A stretch of 64,000 nucleotides of DNA from an uncultured delta proteobacterium. Its GTDB lineage: Bacteria > Myxococcota_A > Polyangia > Fen-1088. Every line of letters starts with the position of its first letter. The first letter of the stretch is position 1. Below are positions 1 through 9,780 of the stretch, piece by piece. Below the pieces are notes generated by a model. The model made no database searches and was not told the origin of the DNA. It saw nothing but the letters and a program-made list of their open reading frames with translations. The position numbers were made by a program, and so were the translations under genes. The DNA lies in the NCBI GenBank assembly GCA_963755125.1, contig CAVWIP010000001.1:283001-347000 (forward strand), in the 5' to 3' direction.

Positions 1-1
1 C

Positions 2-601
2 GCGAACCAGGTGGCCATCTCGATGCAAAACGGCCGCATGGTTCAGGCGCTGGAGGAGCAGGCCACCACCGACGGGCTGACCGGCCTGGTCAACCACCGC
101 ACCTTCCAGGAGCGCTTCTCCGCCATGCTGGGCCGGGCCGAGCGCCACTCGATGCGCGTGTCGTTCATCCTGACCGACATCGACCATTTCAAGAAGATCA
201 ACGACACCCACGGCCACCCGACCGGCGATCAGGTGTTGAAGCGGGTGGCGCGTATTTTGAAGGCCAGCGCGCGCAAGATCGACATCGTGGCCCGCTACGG
301 AGGCGAGGAGTTCGCGTTGGTGCTGGAGGGCACGGATCGCACCGGCGCGCGCCAGTTGGCCGAGCGCATCCGGCAGGAGGTGGGCGCGCAGACACACGAC
401 TCGGCCAAGGGCGCGTTCAGGGCGACGCTGTCGCTGGGCGTGGCGGTATATCCCGAGGACGGCAAGAGCAAGCAGGAACTGATTGCCAACGCCGACCAGG
501 CCCTGTACGCAGCCAAGCACGGCGGCCGCAACCGCACCGTGTGCCACGGCGAGTTCGCGCGCGCGAAAGACGCTGCGCCGCGGGCGCGCGCAGCGGGGTA
601 G
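2..601 (+). CDS. Diguanylate cyclase (GGDEF domain), 5'-truncated by the window edge
   Basis: TDGLTGLVN, DIDHFKKIND, RKID I-site (RxxD), GGEEF, ADQALYAAKHGGRN. The frame is open from base 2 (ANQVAISMQN looks like a GAF-domain tail). Confidence 0.95.
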   Translation, partial: ANQVAISMQNGRMVQALEEQATTDGLTGLVNHRTFQERFSAMLGRAERHSMRVSFILTDIDHFKKINDTHGHPTGDQVLKRVARILKASARKIDIVARYGGEEFALVLEGTDRTGARQLAERIRQEVGAQTHDSAKGAFRATLSLGVAVYPEDGKSKQELIANADQALYAAKHGGRNRTVCHGEFARAKDAAPRARAAG

Positions 602-881
602 GGGAGGCCCTGCCCGGGTCGCTGAACGTGCCGAAGCAACGACCGGCCCTCGCGTGCCGACAACCCTCCACGCAATCTCGCGCGGCGAAGTCGTACCTGC
701 TCCCGCCACGCCTCCAGCGGCCCGTAGCGAGCAAGACAAGCCCAAGCGGCGATCATGATATACCCGGTCTTGCTGCCATCCCACGAGCCTAGTCTCTTCT
801 CTCGGGTTGTTTCCAGGTACACTACCCCGGGTGGTCGGCAGAGCATCCATAGCTCCTGCACTATGTGCAACCGGAGGCACC

Positions 882-2048
882 ATGTTGAATCGCGTGTGTT
901 CTGTTCTCGTGACGCTGACCGTACTGTCTATGCTGGTCATCACCGTGGGTGCAGTCGGGTGCGGCAGTGGTGGCGGAGGCACGACCAGAACCACGGGAGG
1001 AGCAACCGCCTTCGCGGGCACCACCGGCACCGCGGGTGGCGCGATCAACTCCGCCGGAGGTGTGGCCAGCCCCACCGGAGGCACCACGGACGCCGTCGGC
1101 GATGCGGGTGGAGGAGGCATGGCCAGCACCACCACAAGCATCCCCAACTATGCGGGCACAGTCGGCACCACTGGAGAAACCACAGGCGGAGGAAGCACCA
1201 GCACAATGGGAGCCTCCGGTGGAGGAGCCACCATGGTCACCAGCGGAGGAACCACCAGCGATGCGGGTGTGACCGGCACGACTGGAGGAAGCACCATCAC
1301 CATCGAGGGCACAGGTGGACGAGGCAGCGCTAGCGTTGTCGGAGGCACCACCAGCGATGCGGGTGTAACCAGCATCACCGGCGGCGCACAGGCGAGTCAG
1401 GACGGTGGTGCCCCCGCCCCTTGTGGCTGCAACGGCAAGAGCGACTGCGCAGTGTGGAAGAGCGTGTTCATCACCTGGTACGGATTCAACGACAACTCGT
1501 GCACTGTCGAGACCGAGCACGACTGCAACACCATCGCGTTCCCTGGGCTCGGACCCCAGAAGCACCAGGTAGCCACCGAAGGCAAGGGGACGTACGACGA
1601 CCCCATCACCTGCGCCGCCTCGGCGACCGACAGCGGTGGCGACAGTGAATCGTCCGGGGGCGTGACGCTTTCGCCTGGCACACTCGTCTACAACCCCGAG
1701 GTAAAGAAGTACTTCATCATGGAGGACCAGTGCGCCGAGTGTACGGCAGACTACCTCTGCGAGCCCGACGACGACACGACCCCGGATACCGATGCCCCCA
1801 CGGGGTGCAAGCAGAACGGGTACCCGCACATCGATTTCTGGATGGGGCCATCCTTCATGCAGAACGCCACCACCCTGAACAACTGTGAGGACAACTCCAC
1901 GATCGGCAACCCGTACGCGGGCACGGGCACCGTCGTCGTCAACCCCCCGGACGATCTGGAGGTCGTCACGACTCCCCTCTACACGGGCACAGGCGCGGGG
2001 GGTGGATGTTGGACGAGCGTTCAGGTCAATTCCGACTCATGCCCTTGA
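882..2048 (+). CDS. Lipoprotein with Gly/Thr-rich linker and Cys-rich C-terminal domain (possibly 3D/double-psi-barrel-like)
   Basis: GGAGG at 873-877 precedes ATG 882. Hydrophobic signal ends in AVGC, followed by ~150 aa of G/T low complexity. C-terminal motifs TWYGFNDN, GTYDDPIT, YFIMEDQC, HIDFWMG. Confidence 0.75.
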   Translation: MLNRVCSVLVTLTVLSMLVITVGAVGCGSGGGGTTRTTGGATAFAGTTGTAGGAINSAGGVASPTGGTTDAVGDAGGGGMASTTTSIPNYAGTVGTTGETTGGGSTSTMGASGGGATMVTSGGTTSDAGVTGTTGGSTITIEGTGGRGSASVVGGTTSDAGVTSITGGAQASQDGGAPAPCGCNGKSDCAVWKSVFITWYGFNDNSCTVETEHDCNTIAFPGLGPQKHQVATEGKGTYDDPITCAASATDSGGDSESSGGVTLSPGTLVYNPEVKKYFIMEDQCAECTADYLCEPDDDTTPDTDAPTGCKQNGYPHIDFWMGPSFMQNATTLNNCEDNSTIGNPYAGTGTVVVNPPDDLEVVTTPLYTGTGAGGGCWTSVQVNSDSCP

Positions 2049-2301
2049 CGCTCCCTGGACGGGGAGCACTCTTCCCTCCGTCTGAGTTAGCTTTGGAAAC
2101 CGGGGTGCCTTTGCCCGCACGTACCCACGATTGTCCGTACACCAGGGGCGGAAATGTCGGCGGGCGAAAAATTCCGGGGCAAAATTTCAAGCCGGCTGCC
2201 CAGCTTGAACCCGGAGACGTGAACTCAGGAAATACGCGGGAGCCGCAACCGGCCCACAACGCTCTCGTGTCTGCGTCCAAGATCGACGATATTCCTTGGG
2301 C

Positions 2302-2541
2302 ATGTGGGGACCAATAGCACTCTTGCTGTGGGCTGGGTCGGTCACGGTGTTGCCGATGGGCACGTCCTGCCCAAGCGGAGAGGCCATCGCCGCTGAGTTG
2401 GACCGGTTGGGTGCCGGTGCTGCGCTTGCTGCCTTGGGTTCGTCACAGGTCACAATCAAAGACACGAAGATGCACGTGGTCCTGCGGGGTCGGGACGGTT
2501 CCCTACTGGGTGATCGAGAAGTCGCGGCGCCCGAGGATTGC
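2302..2541 (+). pseudogene. 5' fragment of a secreted hypothetical protein, truncated at ~2541
   Basis: Signal-peptide-like start MWGPIALLLWAG, then SCPSGEAIAAELDRL...REVAAPEDC. Beyond 2541 the frame reads the antisense of other genes. Confidence 0.55.
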
Positions 2542-2687
2542 ATGCGGTACAGACCTATGGTCAACGGAGAGGCGCTACCCGCAAGCCCCCACTTCACGAA
2601 TACGGCCGCAAACCCGAGCAAGCCTGCCCCGAAGATGACTGTGAAGACACCCCGGGAGGATGGAGAGGACGCCGTTGATTCGATCAC
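2541..2687 (-). pseudogene. 5' fragment of an EamA/DMT-family transporter
   Basis: VIFGAGLLGFAAVFVKWGLAGSASPLTIGLYRM matches the typical DMT TM1-TM2 pattern (P-x-T-x-x-x-x-R). Hydrophobicity ends abruptly after YRM. Confidence 0.65.
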
Positions 2688-2756
2688 GGTGCGCCGAGGG
2701 TTAGATCGGAAGGCGACCAGAAGCCAGGAAATGAAAGTTGGAAGCGAAGACCTCGT

Positions 2757-5087
2757 TCACCTGCTCCTGACCCAGAGGTACAAATCGCCCCAGCGAGGTG
2801 CCGGAACGAATCCCGTGAGCGAAGCGCCCAATGGGCAACGTAGGTCCGCCACAACGACGTCGGCCTCGGAGACCAGCTTGTCCGCGTCTGAGGCGGACAT
2901 CTCGCCGGAACGTCGGCCTTCCGAGTCCGCGGCAACCGAGGCGTTCACCTCGTTGAGGGGGAGCAGGCGCTGCGCGCGACATCCGAGGTGGGCCACCATG
3001 AGCGCGGGGCGGTCAGGCGGGCGGCGCTCGGGCATCTCGGCGACCGAGATGTCACCGAAATTCTTGCGATTTCGGCTGTAGCGCAGGGTGAAGTCGAAGA
3101 ACACCAGTTCACCCGCGACCGTGATTTCTCGGTAGAGGCTCCCGCTCTGTCTCCACAGCAGGTGGGTGACGCCGAAGCTCGCGAGTTGGTCGAACACCGC
3201 ACCCGGGCTGCCAAGGTAGGCGTAGTCGATTGCCCCCTGATAGAACTGGCTGTCACCCACAACCTTCCTGCGAATCCCGAGCCGCAGGTATTCCTCGTGC
3301 ACGAGCACGACGGCGTTGGCGGGCAGATAGGCAGCGATGGCCTCGTAGCCCGTGTGTGTCGTCAGCGCATTGGTGTCCTTGCGGAACGACGCCGACAGCA
3401 GCTCAATGGTCGGCCTGAAGACCACGTCTCTGATCATCGCGTGGGTTGGCAGAAACGGTACGTCCCCGCCCCAGACCAGTTGCAGGCCGACTAGGGCCGC
3501 GACACCGATGCGGGCCACCAGGTTACTGGACCACGCGAGCGCGAGGGTGGCGCTGGTGGACGCGACCATCCACGGCAGCAACGCCTGCAGGTAGCGGTCT
3601 TGGTGGTAGGTCCAGTACCATACGAAGACGCCGATCATCGCACCGGTGGCAAGCAACCAAGTCCGTCCGCTGCGCCGAACGAACAGCAGCAGGGGCAGGC
3701 TCAGCGTGAACAGGAACCCGAACACCGGCACGTCGTGGTGGAAGGGGTACCAGTCGTGAGGAACGAAAGAGAACTTGAACGCGGCGATTGAAGTTTCGCG
3801 AAGACGCTCGATCAGTGTCCCGGTCGGCCGCCAGTCCGCGACCGGGATCAGGCCTTGCCAGCCGGGAACCCAGGGCCGGGAGGGGAAGAGTTTGCCCAGC
3901 AACGGGTACACCGGGTTGCCGTGCCAGATCAGATTCGCGAGCCAGTGCGATACCGTGGCCAGCAGGGCAACCACGGCCACCAACCCTGGGCCGCTCGCCA
4001 GGAACTTCAGGATCCGACCTCGGTGTTGCGGGATGGCACGAACTGTCCCGACGAGCAGGAACAAAGCCACCGGGATCAAGAGGCTGAGGGCCTGGTACTT
4101 GGTGAGAGCGCCACCCGCGATCATCAGGCCGAGCAGCACACACCTGCCCGCAGACCAACCGCGCAGCACGCGAGCGGCGGCGAGAGCCAGCGGAACCGCC
4201 CAGAAAGCGAGCACATGGTCGGCCGCCCCTCCCAGGCTCGAGTCGTAGAGGAACAGCCCGGGAAACAGGAAGAACACAACCCAGGACATGCCCGCACGCT
4301 TGCCGGGCACCAGCACCTCCACCAGCAACGGCAGCGAGGCGAGGGTCGCCAGAAACAGGAGAAACTCCAGGTGCGCCACCAGTTCCAGACGGAAGAACTC
4401 GTCGCTTGGGGTGATGGTGAACGCCCAGGTGTAGAGCCAGGACGCCAGGTGAGGCAGCGCACCCGAAAACGATCCCTCGGGGAAGGCTCGGATGCAGTGG
4501 GCGACGCCGTAGTGCTCCGCGATGGGGATGTGGTACGTCTGGGCGTCAAAGGCGAGGTTGTCCGGGGTCATCACGCAGAGGTAGACGAGCGTGATCCCAA
4601 GCGTGCCCACGACGGCGGCGCCGACGCGCAAGACGGAGAAGGAAGCCGTGGGCCTCGGAAATCCACGCACATGCCGGAATGCGCGCATTAGGTAGGGCAC
4701 CAGCGACGGAGCCCCCGCGGCCGTCAGGACGGCCGGGAACAGGTAGTAGAACGGACCGCGCAGGAGGCAAAAGATGCCAGCGAGGAAGATCCCGGTGCCG
4801 AACGCGAGGACCCCGACGGCGAAGTCGAACAGGAGCCGTTCGCGTACGCGCAGCCTGAGTCCGGGGAGGACGCCAAGCAACGCATGACCTGCTGACAGGC
4901 AGGAAATGCCGAACACCAGCGTCCAGAGCCAGATCCCTGCGTACTTCCAAAAGATCCAGTTGGCGACGGGCTCGTGCCCGTTGGTAGCGACCAACAGGAT
5001 GTAGATGTCCGCAATCAAGGTCGCGACAAGCAGGTAGGGACGCGCACGATCGAAAATGCGTCGCAAGACGAGAAGGGCGTGTGGCAT
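2757..5087 (-). CDS. Polytopic membrane protein, probable GT-C superfamily (PMT/ArnT-like) glycosyltransferase
   Basis: More than 12 hydrophobic segments, luminal-loop motif DAQTYHIPIAEHY, GNPVYPL, QDRYLQALLPW and a soluble C-terminal domain. ATG 5087 preferred over the ORF-track start. Confidence 0.65.
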   Translation of the reverse strand: MPHALLVLRRIFDRARPYLLVATLIADIYILLVATNGHEPVANWIFWKYAGIWLWTLVFGISCLSAGHALLGVLPGLRLRVRERLLFDFAVGVLAFGTGIFLAGIFCLLRGPFYYLFPAVLTAAGAPSLVPYLMRAFRHVRGFPRPTASFSVLRVGAAVVGTLGITLVYLCVMTPDNLAFDAQTYHIPIAEHYGVAHCIRAFPEGSFSGALPHLASWLYTWAFTITPSDEFFRLELVAHLEFLLFLATLASLPLLVEVLVPGKRAGMSWVVFFLFPGLFLYDSSLGGAADHVLAFWAVPLALAAARVLRGWSAGRCVLLGLMIAGGALTKYQALSLLIPVALFLLVGTVRAIPQHRGRILKFLASGPGLVAVVALLATVSHWLANLIWHGNPVYPLLGKLFPSRPWVPGWQGLIPVADWRPTGTLIERLRETSIAAFKFSFVPHDWYPFHHDVPVFGFLFTLSLPLLLFVRRSGRTWLLATGAMIGVFVWYWTYHQDRYLQALLPWMVASTSATLALAWSSNLVARIGVAALVGLQLVWGGDVPFLPTHAMIRDVVFRPTIELLSASFRKDTNALTTHTGYEAIAAYLPANAVVLVHEEYLRLGIRRKVVGDSQFYQGAIDYAYLGSPGAVFDQLASFGVTHLLWRQSGSLYREITVAGELVFFDFTLRYSRNRKNFGDISVAEMPERRPPDRPALMVAHLGCRAQRLLPLNEVNASVAADSEGRRSGEMSASDADKLVSEADVVVADLRCPLGASLTGFVPAPRWGDLYLWVRSR

Positions 5088-5339
5088 GGCGGCGTTCGAT
5101 CCGGTCGAGTGCTTTCCGGCCCCCGCAAGGGTTCGCTGGCAGTCGCAATGTATCAAGTGGCCCTGCCGATCTCCAATCCCCCTGGTTTGTCCAGAGCAGC
5201 GCGCGGACGGGACGGAGACGCGGTACACAGACAGCGCATGGCCGGCCCTGGCCCACGGTCTTTACGGCCCAATACCTACTCCTGCGACCAGACACGTCTG
5301 CTGTGCGCCGAGCCGTAGCCACTGGAACCTTGTTTGGCG

Positions 5340-8300
5340 CTAGCGTGTCCGTCGCGGCTGCGGCGGGGGTACGAGGTCCACCGGCTCGTCAGGGCCAGGC
5401 GGCCCAATCAGATCGACCGGTGCGCCCAGGTCCACCGGTGCCGCGAGATTGGGCTCCAGATCGACCGGCACGTTGAGATCCACGGGCGGCTCGCTCGCGT
5501 CGCTGGGTGCAGCCAGCTGCTGGGTGAGTGGCCGAAGAGACGTTCGGCCCGCTGTTGTCGCTGTCTGCACCCGCGAAGACGACGGTCGCGGCGCGGGCTG
5601 CGCCCGACCGGTCGCCGAGACGGCTGGACTGGCTACCGGCGTCGGTCGCCGGGTCGGCTGCGCAGCCCGCGCCGCGGCTGAAGCCCTCGATGCCTGCGAC
5701 GGACGGACGAGCGGTCCTTGAATGCTTCCGGCTGGGGGGCTGGCCGAAGCGCCGCCTGCCACGGGGATCTCGATCGAGTCATCTGCTGCGGCAGAGGTGG
5801 TCGCACGGGGCACGGCACCCATATTGGCGGATGGTCGCTCGCCGGTGGCCGCGCCTGGAGGCACATTCGCGGTCTGTGACTTGCGTGCCACGGTCATATA
5901 GGGAAGGGCGTCGTCTACCTGGCGTTCGAGCGCGCGCGACGCGTGTTCCTGCCGTCGCTCCCACACCAGATTGATGGTCATTTCGTGGACCTTGGCCTTG
6001 ATCACGTGATACGGCCGCTCCACGCTGATACCCTTCGCAGTCACGTGGATGATGTGATAGCCCTTGGGCACCTTCAGGGTGACAGTGCCCTCCTTGGGTG
6101 TCCCCACCGCTTTGCTGCGCCCCTGGTCGAGCCACACGCGCGCCCCTTCGACCGGGCCGCTGTCGTCGACGACAGTGATCTTGAACTCCGCCTCGGACGC
6201 CTCCAGGTTGAAGACCACAAAGGCGGTCTTGCGGGGAAGTACTTCGGCCATTTCAAAGGGTTCGTTCAAGACCAGAACCTGGCGTCCTCGCGTGTAGACG
6301 CCGTACAGGTGAACGAAGTACTTGCCCTTGGGAATGCCCCGAAACGTCGTGCTGCGCTCGACCTGCCAGGCCTCGAAGCGCCGCTTGCGCTGGCCCAGCC
6401 ATTCCAGTTTCTTCACGTATGCTGTGGGGTTTTCGATCACCGGCGTCTTGTTGCTGTGCGAGATGAGGATAGAGAACATCTCTTCCTTGGAGTCGGGATC
6501 CCACTGCACTCGCACCACGATCGCGCCGCGGAACGAGATGACGGTCGCCCAGGTCACGGCCCCAGCCAGCGCCAGCACGCACAGGACTGCGAGCAAGGGA
6601 TTGATCATCACCAGGCCCGTGGATCGTCCTATGAGAGAGCTGCTGGCCTTGTGAACCTTCTGTTTGGCAACGTCAAACAGGATCAGCTCGACGGTCACCC
6701 AGGGCGCCAGCCCGGCCGGCTGGATGCGGTACATGAGCACGGCCTCGCCGCCCATGTCGTGCGCCAGAACCGCCAGCGCGTCCTCCGTGGTTCTGTTGGC
6801 AGGAAGCTCCTCGGTGCGGACCTTCGACCGCGAGGCGTTGAGTTCCCAGGGCGGGCGCATGAGCGCCTCAAGCAGGCCACTGGAAAGCCTCTCTGGCCGG
6901 ACCAAGAAGGGCCAGTAGAAAGGCTGGCCGCTTCCGGGCAGAGGCGCGATGGTCACCGCGGTCAGTGTCGGTTCGTAGAGCAGGTCGAACTGCTGCAGGA
7001 GCGTGTACAGGTTACGCGCCAAGGTCGAGGGCGGCCCCATCGGCTTCTCCGGCCCCTGGCCAGCGGCGTGAGCCTGTGTCGATTCGTCCTGGCGCGACCT
7101 GATTTCCTGGCTCAGCGCTGTCGCAGCCGGGTCGCTCCCTCCTACCTTGTCCAGACGAGCGCCGACCGCCTTGACTTGCGCCGTGCTCAAGTCCTGGACC
7201 TTGATGAGTGGAGCCGCCTGGCTGACCGGCGCGCCGCCGGTCAAAGCGCGCGCAGCCACGGTGGAGGCAAGGCCCGGCTCCTGCGGAGCGAGTTTCTGCG
7301 CGGCGGTCAGGGTAGCCGACTCCACCTGCGGGCCAAAAGTTCCGGGCGCCGATGCTGCCACAACCGGCAGGGCCGTGCGCCACTCGGAGGCAGGCCGGCC
7401 CAGCAAGGGCGATAGCGCCTCGTCGCGTTTCTCCACCGGATCGCCGCGTTCGATGGCCAGCGCAGCTCTGGCCACCGCCACGGCCGGAACGTTGCGCGCA
7501 CCCTTGAGAGTGTCAAGTTCGCGTTCAGCGGCGTCGAAATCCCGCAAGGCGATCTTGGCCCGCGCCTTGGCGGCGCGCAGGGCGATGTTCTTGGGGTCAG
7601 CCGCCAGACCCTCGTCGGCCAGTTCAACCGCGGTGGTCCAGTCGCCCATGAGCAGGCGGGCCTGCACGCGCGTCTGCTTGGGCAAGCCGGGCTCCTCGGC
7701 CAGGGAGCGGAGAACGTCGAGCACTGCGGACAAATGGGCGGCCGTGTTGGGCAGAGCGACCTCAATGGCCCTTGCTGCTGCGGCGGCGTCGCCAACCAGC
7801 AACGCCGCCTGGGCCGCCACAAAGGGACGCAGGTCAGCCAGACCCACGGCCGGGGCGTCGATGACGGTGGCACCGATGGCAGGGGCCAGGCGTTCGGCGA
7901 TCTGACGAGCCAGTTCGCCGAATTCGCCCATGGCGACGCTCACCGAAATGCGGCCGACTCGCTTGCCCGCGGGGCCATAGACCAAACCGGTTGCCATCAG
8001 GCGCTTGGACGACTGCTGCAACTGCGCAATGAGGATGCGGTCGGCGCCGAGTTGCTCGGCAAGCCGGGGCGCCAGGTCTTGGGTCGCGGTCAAACTGTCG
8101 CGCGGGGGACGGCCAGTGAGCGCTTCGATGGCAAGGGCCAGTTCGTGTCTCGGCACCATCTGGCGCTCTCCGGGCTTCAGATACGAGCGAAGTAGCATCG
8201 AGACCGCAGCGGCCTGTTCGCTGAGTTCCGGCGGCGCGCTGAGGTCCGGTAACGCGGTGGCGCCCTGGGCTGTCGCGGGCCGCGCCGGCGTCAGGACCGC

Positions 8301-8360
8301 GAGCAAGAGCACGGTCAGGAGAGTCGGACAAAGGCGAGCGCGGGCGCGGGGTGCGGACAT
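5340..8360 (-). CDS. Large membrane-anchored hypothetical protein: signal peptide, TPR-like helical region, TM helix, carboxypeptidase-regulatory/PEGA-like domain, PVDL-repeat tail
   Basis: N-terminal hydrophobic signal, Ala-rich TPR-like helices, TM segment LLAVLCVLALAGAVTWATVI, ITVVDDSGPVEGARVWLD and a low-complexity tail. Confidence 0.7.
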   Translation of the reverse strand: MSAPRARARLCPTLLTVLLLAVLTPARPATAQGATALPDLSAPPELSEQAAAVSMLLRSYLKPGERQMVPRHELALAIEALTGRPPRDSLTATQDLAPRLAEQLGADRILIAQLQQSSKRLMATGLVYGPAGKRVGRISVSVAMGEFGELARQIAERLAPAIGATVIDAPAVGLADLRPFVAAQAALLVGDAAAAARAIEVALPNTAAHLSAVLDVLRSLAEEPGLPKQTRVQARLLMGDWTTAVELADEGLAADPKNIALRAAKARAKIALRDFDAAERELDTLKGARNVPAVAVARAALAIERGDPVEKRDEALSPLLGRPASEWRTALPVVAASAPGTFGPQVESATLTAAQKLAPQEPGLASTVAARALTGGAPVSQAAPLIKVQDLSTAQVKAVGARLDKVGGSDPAATALSQEIRSRQDESTQAHAAGQGPEKPMGPPSTLARNLYTLLQQFDLLYEPTLTAVTIAPLPGSGQPFYWPFLVRPERLSSGLLEALMRPPWELNASRSKVRTEELPANRTTEDALAVLAHDMGGEAVLMYRIQPAGLAPWVTVELILFDVAKQKVHKASSSLIGRSTGLVMINPLLAVLCVLALAGAVTWATVISFRGAIVVRVQWDPDSKEEMFSILISHSNKTPVIENPTAYVKKLEWLGQRKRRFEAWQVERSTTFRGIPKGKYFVHLYGVYTRGRQVLVLNEPFEMAEVLPRKTAFVVFNLEASEAEFKITVVDDSGPVEGARVWLDQGRSKAVGTPKEGTVTLKVPKGYHIIHVTAKGISVERPYHVIKAKVHEMTINLVWERRQEHASRALERQVDDALPYMTVARKSQTANVPPGAATGERPSANMGAVPRATTSAAADDSIEIPVAGGASASPPAGSIQGPLVRPSQASRASAAARAAQPTRRPTPVASPAVSATGRAQPAPRPSSSRVQTATTAGRTSLRPLTQQLAAPSDASEPPVDLNVPVDLEPNLAAPVDLGAPVDLIGPPGPDEPVDLVPPPQPRRTR
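5373..5486 (-). repeat. Five PVDL peptide repeats at the C-terminus of the 5340-8360 protein
   Basis: PPVDLNVPVDLEPNLAAPVDLGAPVDLIGPPGPDEPVDLV. Confidence 0.85.
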
Positions 8361-8471
8361 CGTGAGAATCTTCAATTGATCTTCGGCGGGTTTGCTCGAC
8401 AAATCAATGCCACCGCGAACCTCTTCAAGCGACGCAGCGCGATCGCGTCAGGGGGTGATAGAGTCGAGTCG

Positions 8472-9701
8472 ATGTTGAGGGGACTTTCTCCACTCGCCGC
8501 CGGCCTCGTCATGGTGGCCACGGTCGGCTGTCGTTCCAATCCCGACAAACCGATCGGGCCCGCCGACTCATACATCTTGTTTGCGCCGGTCGCGGGAAAG
8601 CTGGACGGCGCGCTTCCTGTCGTACGTCGTCTGGATATCAAGGACGAGACCGTGCAACCGCTGCCCCGGCTGCTCGAGTCGAGCTTCGCTTTCGAGATGT
8701 TGCGCACAACCTACTTGGCCAAGCAGTTCGTTCGCGAGGCCAGCGTGGATGGCCAACGGTTTTCGACAGCCGCACGACACGACGCTGCGGAGCCGACCTG
8801 TCTGGTCCTGGGGATCGAGCGACAGCCCTACGGACTCGGGTTGGCCTTGTCCCAGACCTTCGGCGGTCCCCAACCGCGTCCACGCCTGCCGTGGATTGGC
8901 CTTGCTGCCGATCCCTCTGCCGACAAGGCCCTGGTGCAGACCGTGGCCGGCCGCCTGGCCACCTATATCGCTCATTTCGTCGCCACGGGTGGGGCGCTCT
9001 CTGATGGGACCGCGCCCCCGCCGGTTTTGGTTGAAGGCTACCGCATTGCCATGGAAGTCATTGCGCGCGAGTGGCGGGTAGGGTCGGGCCCGGCAGGCGT
9101 GATCCAGGTCGAAGAGGGGTCAAGTGCACAGCGTGAGATCTTCTCCAACGTGCGCGAGAATCGATATGTCATGCGCCAGGATGCAGCGACCCTGCGCGAC
9201 GCACGCGAGTTGATCGATGATCCGGGCGTGGCGGCCACGGTCATCCATCGCATGGCCCAGTCGCGTGCGCTGGCCGGGCGGGTGGCGCCCGAAGCCTTCT
9301 ACGCGCCATTTGCCGCAGGCCGCTTTCCCCCGGGCGTGAGCCCGGCGGCCGTGCTGGGGACTTTCAGGAATTTCCAGGCCAAGTTTCTCGGCGCTTGGGC
9401 CGCGGCCGTGCTGCGCGGGCATGCTCCTCGGGACATGATCGACCTTGTCGATGTCTACGGGGCGACCTTTCCGGCCGAGCGCGCGGAAGCTGTCCGCATC
9501 TTCGTGGTGACAACATTCGGGGCGACTGCCAAGACAGGTGGCGTGTCGACCAAACCCCAGGACGCCACCCGGGCCCTTGCGGAGTTGACCGCCCTGACGG
9601 CCGAGGTTGTGGCAGCAAGACGCTCGTTGCGCGAGGCGCTGGTTGTCGGCTCTGCCGACGCAGGAACAGGGCAGGGCAGGGCGTCCGGCCCCGGACACTG
9701 A
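8472..9701 (+). CDS. Hypothetical lipoprotein
   Basis: MLRGLSPLAAGLVMVATVGC lipobox-type signal and a long ORF with genome-typical codon usage; divergent from the 8360 gene. Confidence 0.7.
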   Translation: MLRGLSPLAAGLVMVATVGCRSNPDKPIGPADSYILFAPVAGKLDGALPVVRRLDIKDETVQPLPRLLESSFAFEMLRTTYLAKQFVREASVDGQRFSTAARHDAAEPTCLVLGIERQPYGLGLALSQTFGGPQPRPRLPWIGLAADPSADKALVQTVAGRLATYIAHFVATGGALSDGTAPPPVLVEGYRIAMEVIAREWRVGSGPAGVIQVEEGSSAQREIFSNVRENRYVMRQDAATLRDARELIDDPGVAATVIHRMAQSRALAGRVAPEAFYAPFAAGRFPPGVSPAAVLGTFRNFQAKFLGAWAAAVLRGHAPRDMIDLVDVYGATFPAERAEAVRIFVVTTFGATAKTGGVSTKPQDATRALAELTALTAEVVAARRSLREALVVGSADAGTGQGRASGPGH

Positions 9702-9780
9702 GACAGCGGGATAACTGGCGTCGTTTCGCGATGTTGCGGTATGAAAGCTCAATGACTTCTTTTGAAGAAAAGGGGGCGCT

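Noticed and set aside
2050..2067. Hairpin GCTCCC-N6-GGGAGC after the lipoprotein gene
   Set aside because: Short stem with no U-tract; too weak to call a terminator.
2296..3081. 261-aa ORF treated as one intact gene
   Set aside because: Only the first ~80 codons look protein-like; the rest is antisense to the EamA fragment and the GT-C gene.
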